From a virus (taxonomy: Duplodnaviria > Heunggongvirae > Uroviricota > Caudoviricetes), in the IMG/VR virus record IMGVR_UViG_2609459795_000010, positions 1 through 10,679 of that record: DNA of 10,679 nucleotides. One strand, written 5' to 3'. The translations under genes and the position numbers were made by a program. Each line of letters opens with the position of its first letter. Positions within the stretch are counted from its first letter, which is position 1. This document shows, one piece after another, positions 1 to 5,877 of the stretch. The notes below the pieces were generated by a model. That model was not told where the DNA came from, ran no database searches, and saw only the letters and a list, made by a program, of their open reading frames with translations.

Positions 1-276
1 TTACCGACTGCGGCCTGAGTTTTTTAAGTGACGTAAAATCGTGTTGAGGCCAACGCCCATAATGCGGGCGGTTGCCCGGCATCCAACGCCATTCATGGCC
101 ATATCAATGATTTTCTGGTGCGTACCGGGTTGAGAAGCGGTGTAAGTGAACTGCAGTTGCCATGTTTTACGGCAGTGAGAGCAGAGATAGCGCTGATGTC
201 CGGCGGTGCTTTTGCCGTTACGCACCACCCCGTCAGTAGCTGAACAGGAGGGACAGCTGATAGAAACAGAAGCCAC
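1..276 (-). CDS. insA: IS1 InsA transposition regulator, 91 aa, GTG start
   Basis: Translation [43 protein letters not shown]...LKNSGRSR is recognisable as canonical IS1 InsA (CxxC...CxxC zinc finger). Stop codon sits at 1-3. Confidence 0.92.
19..25 (-). promoter_or_regulatory. IS1 AAAAAAC programmed -1 frameshift motif (InsAB' fusion site)
   Basis: Minus strand reads AAAAAAC just before the insA stop. This is the established IS1 slippery site; insB lies outside the window. Confidence 0.6.
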
Positions 277-304
277 TGGAGCACCTCAAAAACACCATCA
301 TACA

Positions 305-751
305 CTAAATCAGTAAGTTGGCAGCATTACCCAAAGATATACCTATAACAAAATGAGCGATAATTAACTCATAGTCATCTATTCTATATTGTTTAAGCTT
401 CAACATGCAGGTATCAATCATACGACCTTCATCGTTGCCACACTGACGGCGTAATTTCTTACCATGAGGTACTACATCTTTATATTTATCAGCTACTTGC
501 TGCCAGTTGATAGAACTATTTCCAGCTGCAGCCCAAGCCCCCCAACTGTCCAAAATATCATATATATTAGCATTGCTATCCACCTTTTTTTTATATTCTT
601 TTTTGAGGCGACCAAGAAGCATCCTGGCCATCATCATTATTTCTATACTTTTAACTGATTCATAAGCATCAGGAGAAATAATTCTCCCATCACTTAATGC
701 CCTATCACTAAGATTTGCTATTTCCAATAATCGTTCTTTAGTTATTTCCAT
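305..751 (-). CDS. AT-rich hypothetical accessory protein, 3' end interrupted by IS1 (last 8 codons GNAANLLI and the stop are read from the IS1 inverted repeat)
   Basis: ATG at 751..749 preceded by GGAG (761..758) with 6-nt spacing. The open frame runs into the IS1 end at 331. Markedly AT-rich (by eye about 35% GC) compared with neighbours. No family recognised. Confidence 0.6.
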   Translation of the reverse strand: MEITKERLLEIANLSDRALSDGRIISPDAYESVKSIEIMMMARMLLGRLKKEYKKKVDSNANIYDILDSWGAWAAAGNSSINWQQVADKYKDVVPHGKKLRRQCGNDEGRMIDTCMLKLKQYRIDDYELIIAHFVIGISLGNAANLLI

Positions 752-909
752 TATTATCTCCACCGCCCTTTCGGGCGGCCTCCTGATGTTCTGAGGGTGC
801 GGAAATCCCTCCGGTTAAGGATTAAATTTTTAACAGTGCTGAATTTAATTATTCAGATTTGGATTATGCTTTCTCTTTCACTTCACCAAGTTCCGATTGT
901 TAATTTGGC

Positions 910-1326
910 TCACAACAGCACCTCCTGTAAGTTTCCCCGATAAAACGCCAGTACGCGCTGCATAACTTCGCTCTTCCGGCACTCGCTACAGATTATGTTC
1001 TGACGCCTGTCGTAGTGGCGTATCTCTCCATCTGGTAATGAATAAATCAGGCCAGGGTCGCTCTTCTTTTTCGCTGCACCTTTAGACATCTCTTTATGGG
1101 CTTTTATCCAATCTTTACGTACCTGCTCAGAAGGGAATATTCCATGCCCTGAACCATATACAACACCACTGTCTACCAGTTCTTTCGCCAGAACTTCAAT
1201 CAGATGTCTCGTCGCCCCTGTTTCATTTTCCAGTTGTTTACGCGTTTTCCTACCATATCTGCGTACCAGTTCCACAATACGCGCCTTTACTTCTTCCCGT
1301 TGTTCGGGAGTAAAAACTTTTACCAT
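910..1326 (-). CDS. Hypothetical phage protein downstream of the helicase loader (ren/YdaW position), 138 aa
   Basis: ATG at 1326..1324 with strong AGGAGG Shine-Dalgarno just upstream, 14 bp after the stop of the preceding gene. No family recognised. Confidence 0.75.
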   Translation of the reverse strand: MVKVFTPEQREEVKARIVELVRRYGRKTRKQLENETGATRHLIEVLAKELVDSGVVYGSGHGIFPSEQVRKDWIKAHKEMSKGAAKKKSDPGLIYSLPDGEIRHYDRRQNIICSECRKSEVMQRVLAFYRGNLQEVLL

Positions 1327-1340
1327 AAGTCCTCCTGAAA

Positions 1341-2087
1341 TTACTTCACAACCCTCAGGTGTCTGACATTCGAACGCCAGCTCTCCCAGTTAAAATTCAC
1401 CCAGCGACCACCGTTCATGACCATGCGATCCATCACACGCTCGCCAAGAAGCGTACTCATCGCTACGTGGTTCAGGTTCGTCAGCATTCCGACACTACGC
1501 ATCGAAGCCGTTCTGCGGTCGACTATCTGGTTCAGCGTGACCTGCTCGTTGCGCATATCCCGCTGCATTCCGATTTCATCCAGGACAAGCAGGTCAACAT
1601 CACACAACCCCTGTAAAAATTTTTCGCCTGAGTTTTTGTTGTCGTAGCTGTTGTGTAACGCCAGCATCACATCAGCCACCGTTATCACAATCACGCTGCG
1701 ACCTTTCGCCAGAAGATGATTGCCAATGGCGGCTGCAAGGTGGTTCTTTCCGGTACCCGGCTTACCGCTGAACACAAAATTCGTGCACCCTGTCATCAGT
1801 TCGTCAGCGATGGATTTTGCCTGGCTCAGCGCGTGTTTTTGCCCGTCGTTCTGCACCTGATAATTCGCAAACGAGCATTTGCTGTGCAGAGGCTGGATGC
1901 CCGAACGATTCAGGATTTTTTCCACCCGCAACTGGCGATTCTGGCGGTTGATCTCCTCGCTACGTTTTCGCCCTTCTGCCAGTTGCCACTCGCGCCACTC
2001 GTCCACTGTCCGGTACGGCGCGATTACATGCTGCGGAGTCAGCTTACGGATACGCTCAAGAACACCACCTGCCGCGATATTTTTCAT
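1341..2087 (-). CDS. ydaV: DnaC-like AAA+ replicative helicase loader, 248 aa (Rac YdaV-like, lambda P functional analogue)
   Basis: Walker A FSGKPGTGKNHLAAAIG and Walker B DLLVLDEIG seen in the translation. Length matches my recollection of K-12 YdaV (248 aa). Sits immediately downstream of the initiator gene. Confidence 0.88.
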   Translation of the reverse strand: MKNIAAGGVLERIRKLTPQHVIAPYRTVDEWREWQLAEGRKRSEEINRQNRQLRVEKILNRSGIQPLHSKCSFANYQVQNDGQKHALSQAKSIADELMTGCTNFVFSGKPGTGKNHLAAAIGNHLLAKGRSVIVITVADVMLALHNSYDNKNSGEKFLQGLCDVDLLVLDEIGMQRDMRNEQVTLNQIVDRRTASMRSVGMLTNLNHVAMSTLLGERVMDRMVMNGGRWVNFNWESWRSNVRHLRVVK

Positions 2088-2093
2088 GGCCCG

Positions 2094-3059
2094 TTACCCC
2101 CTGAACCCCGGCGGAATTTCGGTATCCGGCTCAGAAATATGATTCACACAACGCTGTACAGACGAACGCCCCAGGCGGATAACCAGTTCATCCCATTTTT
2201 CGCGAAGCTTTGACGGACTCATGATATTTTTTACCCAGAATGGATCCCGCTGCACCCGACCAAACATTTCACAAATTTGTCTGTGAGTTCTGCCATCCAG
2301 CATCCGCATTGTGCGCACGTCGTTGGCCCATGCGGTCCAGTTGGGTTCTTTCGGTCGCGAAATCTCGCCATCATCGCTGGCGGCCTGCTCGTAAAGACTC
2401 ACGATTCGCCCCCAGATCCACTGCGCACACGCCAAATCTTCCTGGTTGCCCCACTGGCGTTTTTTTGCACTGAACACAACCGCGTCAGGGTGTCGGGTTA
2501 AAAAATCCTGTTCAACCGTCTGCGGGTCCGGTTGCGAAGCTTCCGGACGAGAAGTGTTTTTATTCTCTGTAGTAATCTCTGTTGTATTCTCTGTAAGATC
2601 ATCAGGCCATTTTGACCCGATGACATTGAGTCGTTTTGAACCAATGGAACGTGCCATTTTGGCCTCTTCCATCGTGTCATTCTGATCTGATGGAGCAGCG
2701 CATTTTGACCTGATGGATTCGCTCACTTTGCCACCATCTAAAAGCTCGCTCTCGTAATTAATCGTGTAAAAATTAGTCATATCACGCTTTGATTTATTGA
2801 GCTTTTCGCAACGCAAAAGCCCCAGCGTTTTCAGACTTGCAAATGCGCGTTTTAACGTTGACTCTGACCAGAACGGGAACTGCTCCAGCCATTGTTCTGT
2901 TGTGTTATAAATCCAGCGAACACCATCACATTCCATGCCGGAACTGGTATCTCTCAACCAGTAATGCAACTGCTGCAACACGATGGCTTCGTTCAGACCA
3001 ATTTTCATCGCCAGCTGCGTGTTTATAACCAGCGGACGTTCAGCAAAAAGGAGCTTCAT
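2094..3059 (-). CDS. Phage replication initiator, O-like (YdaU-like), about 321 aa; ORF track extends to a TTG at 3083
   Basis: ATG at 3059..3057 lies 21 bp after the upstream stop and follows a G-rich SD. N-terminal winged-helix-like region, low-complexity linker (TENTTEITTENKNTS), conserved C-terminal region. Position between the regulator and the helicase loader. Confidence 0.8.
   Translation of the reverse strand: MKLLFAERPLVINTQLAMKIGLNEAIVLQQLHYWLRDTSSGMECDGVRWIYNTTEQWLEQFPFWSESTLKRAFASLKTLGLLRCEKLNKSKRDMTNFYTINYESELLDGGKVSESIRSKCAAPSDQNDTMEEAKMARSIGSKRLNVIGSKWPDDLTENTTEITTENKNTSRPEASQPDPQTVEQDFLTRHPDAVVFSAKKRQWGNQEDLACAQWIWGRIVSLYEQAASDDGEISRPKEPNWTAWANDVRTMRMLDGRTHRQICEMFGRVQRDPFWVKNIMSPSKLREKWDELVIRLGRSSVQRCVNHISEPDTEIPPGFRG
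2561..2716. repeat. Iteron-like direct repeats inside the initiator gene: three tandem 12-bp units (2561-2596) plus CATTTTGACCYGATGR copies at 2608-2623, 2678-2693 and 2701-2716, with a partial copy at 2655-2664; putative prophage ori
   Basis: Repeats read directly from the sequence. By analogy with lambda ori lying inside gene O in the inter-domain linker. Confidence 0.45.
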
Positions 3060-3079
3060 CCTCCCCCCAGAACACGTTA

Positions 3080-3505
3080 TCAATGCGCCACCACGGCATT
3101 TCCCGCCGGACCACCACGATTCATCTGATCGAACAACACGATCGCTGCCGCAACAAACTCATCGATATCTTTCACCAGGCGCTCCCGTCGCTCGACAAGC
3201 TCCCGGTGATATTCCGAACTGTGGCTGCGCATTCGGGCCACCAGCGGAGGCGGCATTGCTTTTTCGATCGCCGGTAACAACGCCTGAATTTTTTTAACCG
3301 CATCAGGGGTGTCTTTTTCTACCCAGCGGAAAATTTTCTGGGTATTACGAGACAGGGCTTCCGGATGGCTGTCGTCGTACAATTCAGGAAACGTCATACC
3401 CAACTCAAAATAAGACTGGGTTATTTCAGCTGCCGGAACTTTTTCACCGTCCGAATGAGCCCAGGCATTCATCGCCATGCGGATGTGTTCATGCTTGATT
3501 TTCAT
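3080..3505 (-). CDS. ydaT: YdaT-family regulator (CII functional analogue), 141 aa
   Basis: ATG at 3505..3503 overlaps the upstream stop as ATGA (translational coupling); GGAG lies 8 nt upstream. Size and position after the Cro-like gene match Rac YdaT as I recall it. Confidence 0.78.
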   Translation of the reverse strand: MKIKHEHIRMAMNAWAHSDGEKVPAAEITQSYFELGMTFPELYDDSHPEALSRNTQKIFRWVEKDTPDAVKKIQALLPAIEKAMPPPLVARMRSHSSEYHRELVERRERLVKDIDEFVAAAIVLFDQMNRGGPAGNAVVAH

Positions 3506-3804
3506 GAATCAACTCCATCAGATAAGCATGCACTACAATCACCTTCAGCATGAACAACATGTGTTTGCCCCAAACGAATGCCGCTCGCATACTCAGGCCA
3601 AATAAGCTCCCAATCATGGGGTCGTAGCTCCGCCCTACTTACTTGGCCTTCCGTCGCAGATTCGATCATAAGGGCGCGGGTTGGAGATATAGCTGTTCGT
3701 CCAGACGCCATTTGCGATAAGTAAGATGGCGATACACCAAGTCTGGCCGCGAATTTCTTAGCATCACCAACCCTTAATGATTTAATAAACTCTTTTAATG
3801 TCAT
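3502..3804 (-). CDS. ydaS: Cro-like HTH regulator, YdaS family, 100 aa
   Basis: HTH segment AARLGVSPSYLSQMASGRTAISPTRALMIE. AGGAAGG Shine-Dalgarno before ATG at 3804..3802. Divergent from the repressor gene. Confidence 0.82.
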   Translation of the reverse strand: MTLKEFIKSLRVGDAKKFAARLGVSPSYLSQMASGRTAISPTRALMIESATEGQVSRAELRPHDWELIWPEYASGIRLGQTHVVHAEGDCSACLSDGVDS

Positions 3805-4274
3805 ACCTTCCTCGGTTTAGTGTTTTTTTTGCGAGTTTAGTGTTTAATAAACCATTAAGTCAAGTATTTGCTTGTTTAGTGATTACTAAAGATAATTACC
3901 ACATGCAAAAAAAAGAAATTCGCCGTTTACGTCTCAAGGAGTGGTTTAAAGATAAAACTCTGCCACCCAAAGAGAAGAGCTACCTATCTCAATTAATGAG
4001 TGGGAGAGCCTCGTTTGGAGAAAAGGCTGCCAGAAGAATAGAGCAAACATACGGGATGCCGGAAGGGTATCTGGATGCGGAATACGCAGAACAACCGGGG
4101 GTTTCTCCACCACATACAGGGTTAACGTCTAATCAACTGGAATTATTGCAGATTTTTTCAGCCTTCCCTGAGGATGAGCAACGCCAGATAATCAGCGAGT
4201 TAAAGCAGAAAAAAGAATCAATGGAAGATCTCATAGCGAGATGGATTGCGGCGCAAAAATGCCGCCGCGCCTGA
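3798..4274 (+). CDS. racR: Prophage repressor, RacR-like HTH_XRE protein (158 aa from ATG 3798; ATG at 3903 giving 123 aa is the more plausible start)
   Basis: HTH motif SYLSQLMSGRASFGEKAARRIEQTYG. Divergent from the Cro-like gene across an operator-repeat region. The 158-aa length matches my recollection of K-12 RacR. The first 35 codons overlap the operator region and the ydaS start. Confidence 0.82.
   Translation: MSYLPRFSVFFASLVFNKPLSQVFACLVITKDNYHMQKKEIRRLRLKEWFKDKTLPPKEKSYLSQLMSGRASFGEKAARRIEQTYGMPEGYLDAEYAEQPGVSPPHTGLTSNQLELLQIFSAFPEDEQRQIISELKQKKESMEDLIARWIAAQKCRRA
3805..3902. promoter_or_regulatory. Divergent operator/promoter region (OR analogue): three GTTTAGTG repeats plus candidate divergent promoters
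   Basis: GTTTAGTG at 3815-3822, 3835-3842 and 3874-3881. Minus-strand TTGACT (3863..3858) with TAAACT (3839..3834) at 18-nt spacing, reading toward ydaS. Plus-strand GATAAT (3891-3896) 6 nt before the ATG at 3903, suggesting a leaderless repressor mRNA. Confidence 0.5.
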
Positions 4275-4294
4275 GTTATAAAACCGGAGGAAAC

Positions 4295-4486
4295 ATGAAT
4301 AGAGCCCTTTCACCAATGGTTTCTGAATTTGAAACCATTGAACAAGAAAACAGTTACAACGAATGGCTGCGTGCGAAAGTAGCAACGAGCCTTGCAGATC
4401 CGCGCCCAGCAATTCCCCATGACGAAGTTGAGCGCAGAATGGCAGAACGCTTTGCTAAGATGCGCAAGGAACGGAGCAAGCAGTAA
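4295..4486 (+). CDS. Putative type II antitoxin (ParD/RelB-like), 63 aa
   Basis: GGAGG Shine-Dalgarno 4 nt upstream of the ATG. Stop TAA is 1 nt before the ParE-like start. Small acidic protein with a basic C-terminus. Assignment rests mainly on its position upstream of the toxin. Confidence 0.6.
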   Translation: MNRALSPMVSEFETIEQENSYNEWLRAKVATSLADPRPAIPHDEVERRMAERFAKMRKERSKQ

Positions 4487-4487
4487 A

Positions 4488-4766
4488 ATGTTACCCGTGT
4501 TATGGCTTGAAAGCGCAGATACCGACCTAGATGATATAACTAGTTATATTGCTCGTTTCGACATAGATGCGGCTGAACGCTTATGGCAGCGATTAAGGGG
4601 TTGTGTGCTGCCGTTATCCGAACATCCGTATTTATACCCACCAAGCGACAGAGTACCTGGCTTGCGTGAGATTGTAGCCCACCCTAACTATATAATTCTA
4701 TACCGCGTAACAACATCAAGCGTTGAAGTAGTAAACGTGATCCACGCAAGACGCCAGTTTCCCTAA
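4488..4766 (+). CDS. ParE/RelE-superfamily toxin, 92 aa
   Basis: C-terminal signature PGLREIVAHPNYIILYRVTTSSVEVVNVIHARRQFP fits the ParE consensus (GLRE...Y.I.YRV....V.I.RV.H.R). Start is tightly coupled to the upstream small ORF. Confidence 0.78.
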   Translation: MLPVLWLESADTDLDDITSYIARFDIDAAERLWQRLRGCVLPLSEHPYLYPPSDRVPGLREIVAHPNYIILYRVTTSSVEVVNVIHARRQFP

Positions 4767-4789
4767 CTTTCACTACCAATAGAAACATA

Positions 4790-4826
4790 ACAACCGCAAC
4801 GACTTTATCAAAAGCGTTGTGTTTGT
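4790..4826 (+). terminator. Imperfect hairpin after the toxin gene; weak terminator candidate
   Basis: ACAACCGCAACG (4790-4801) pairs with CGTTGTGTTTGT (4815-4826) with one mismatch and one G-U. The T-rich tract downstream is not immediately adjacent. Confidence 0.25.
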
Positions 4827-4835
4827 TATGTTTCG

Positions 4836-4880
4836 CGGTTTAGTTTTTACTTGACTTAAGTTTAATGTTTATTAAACTAA
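4836..4880 (+). promoter_or_regulatory. OL/pL-like promoter-operator: TTGACT (4851-4856), 16-nt spacer, TAAACT (4873-4878), flanked by two degenerate GTTTAGTGTTT copies
   Basis: GTTTAGTtTTT at 4838-4848 and GTTTAaTGTTT at 4860-4870. The core TTGACTTAA...TTTATTAAAC is nearly identical to the minus-strand promoter core in the 3805-3902 region. Confidence 0.45.
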
Positions 4881-5063
4881 AATACCAACCCACCCCGCCC
4901 CACAGAACGCAGGGAAATACTTCGAGTTACCCGGCAGTGGTCAGGGGTTAAGTAGCCAGCCCGAGGCGTAAGAACATGACGGCAGGGTTCAACTTTAACT
5001 ATGCAGCAGGTTTTTGTTCCGCTACCCCGGCGTTAAGGGGAAACAGCACCGCGAGGAATCAGT

Positions 5064-5282
5064 ATGCAGAAACGAGAACCCGTCATCATCGCGCCAGACT
5101 ATACCGATGATGAACTTTATGAGTGGATGCGCCAGAAAATTAATGCAGCGCAGGATCTGAAATGGGCCAATGAAGCCAAGGCTAAGCAGGCTGAAAATCT
5201 GTCCGCTCTGGAGCAGGATATCACCAGGCTGGAAAAAGCAGCGGCATTAAGCATTGCCAGAATGATTACATGCCCGCGTTAA
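5064..5282 (+). CDS. Hypothetical small protein, 72 aa, predicted helical; first ORF after the OL-like promoter
   Basis: GAGGA Shine-Dalgarno 6 nt upstream of the ATG; double stop TAA TAG. No family recognised; not arginine-rich, so not N-like. Confidence 0.65.
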   Translation: MQKREPVIIAPDYTDDELYEWMRQKINAAQDLKWANEAKAKQAENLSALEQDITRLEKAAALSIARMITCPR

Positions 5283-5304
5283 TAGCTAACCAACGAGGCT
5301 AATA

Positions 5305-5634
5305 ATGGAATTTAAAGATTTACCAATGCAATTCCAGGAAATGGCAGCGAATATAGTTCGTTCCCAACTGGCGACTCTTGACCTGAGTACCGTAGAAAAA
5401 GAAACCATCGATACTATATCCGGTAACGTGCGTCGTGCCTTTATCGGTCTGTACGAAGAGAAGCAGCTCTCTGATAACCTGGATTTACATGAAAAATACT
5501 TCCTGGATCTAATGGACATCATTGATAAGGGGTTTGGCTTGTTAATGAAAAAGAAAGGGATTCGAATAGAACCCCTTGAAAATTACCTTGCAACAAAAAG
5601 CATTAATTCTTTTGATTCAAAACAAGAGAATTAA
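5305..5634 (+). CDS. Hypothetical protein, 109 aa
   Basis: GAGG Shine-Dalgarno 6 nt upstream of the ATG, 22 bp after the previous stop. AT-rich. No family recognised. Confidence 0.65.
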   Translation: MEFKDLPMQFQEMAANIVRSQLATLDLSTVEKETIDTISGNVRRAFIGLYEEKQLSDNLDLHEKYFLDLMDIIDKGFGLLMKKKGIRIEPLENYLATKSINSFDSKQEN

Positions 5635-5877
5635 TTACAGATTTAACATGCTCTTTCTCATGATTGAAGCTCTCATGATTGAAAGTGCCTGGTTGAAGCG
5701 AGTCGATATAATCAACAAGACTCTGTCGTACGACTTCATTTTTATCCATTACAGATGCAAGAAATGAAATTGCTAAAAGAGTTATATCACTACGCGCCGC
5801 AGCATGCTGCAATGCTTTATCAAAATTATTAATCTGGCGTATCAGGGAGTTAATGATTTCATCATTTTCAGTCGACA
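5603..5877 (-). CDS. Hypothetical protein, 91 aa, convergent with and overlapping the 3' end of the 109-aa ORF by 32 bp
   Basis: ATG at 5877..5875 with strong GGAGGG Shine-Dalgarno upstream on the minus strand. Very AT-rich. The ORF track extends it to 202 aa, but that N-terminal extension is GC-rich, Arg-rich and looks non-coding. Confidence 0.6.

Larger units (their letters stand above)
1..331 (-). mobile_element. IS1 insertion sequence, partial; terminal inverted repeat ends at 331 and the element continues beyond the window start
   Basis: Reverse complement of 277-331 reads GGTAATGCTGCCAACTTACTGATTTAGTGTATGATGGTGTTTTTGAGGTGCTCCA, matching the IS1 left inverted repeat and insA leader as I recall it, with one mismatch. 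insA follows immediately. Confidence 0.9.

Noticed and set aside
93-305. 70-aa ORF on the minus strand overlapping insA
   Set aside because: It lies in an alternative frame inside the recognisable IS1 insA sequence and inverted repeat; no SD; a by-product of the IS1 sequence.
464-658. 64-aa plus-strand ORF antisense to the AT-rich accessory gene
   Set aside because: Low-complexity Ile/Phe/Tyr-rich translation typical of the antisense of AT-rich coding DNA; no SD.
1359-2213. Four plus-strand ORFs (85, 76, 165 and 87 aa) inside the helicase-loader gene
   Set aside because: They are antisense to a gene with clear Walker A and B motifs, and their translations are Arg/Ser/His-rich with no start signals.
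2561-2596. Possible CRISPR array
   Set aside because: Only three contiguous 12-bp units with no spacers, inside a coding linker; better explained as origin iterons.
2240-3297. Several plus-strand ORFs and one 60-aa minus-strand ORF overlapping the initiator and YdaT-like genes
   Set aside because: They are antisense or out of frame relative to well-supported genes and show spurious-frame composition.
4976-5113. 45-codon ORF in the leader, overlapping the 72-aa gene start
   Set aside because: Plausible SD, but it is short, overlaps a better-supported gene in another frame, and has Arg/His-rich composition; noted as a possible leader peptide only.
5064-5282. Lambda N-like antiterminator as the first gene after the OL-like promoter
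   Set aside because: The protein lacks an arginine-rich N-terminal motif, and no boxA/boxB nut site was seen in the leader.
5576-5767. 63-aa plus-strand ORF overlapping the 3' end of the 109-aa gene and the 91-aa gene
   Set aside because: It is antisense to the better-supported minus-strand ORF and has no SD.
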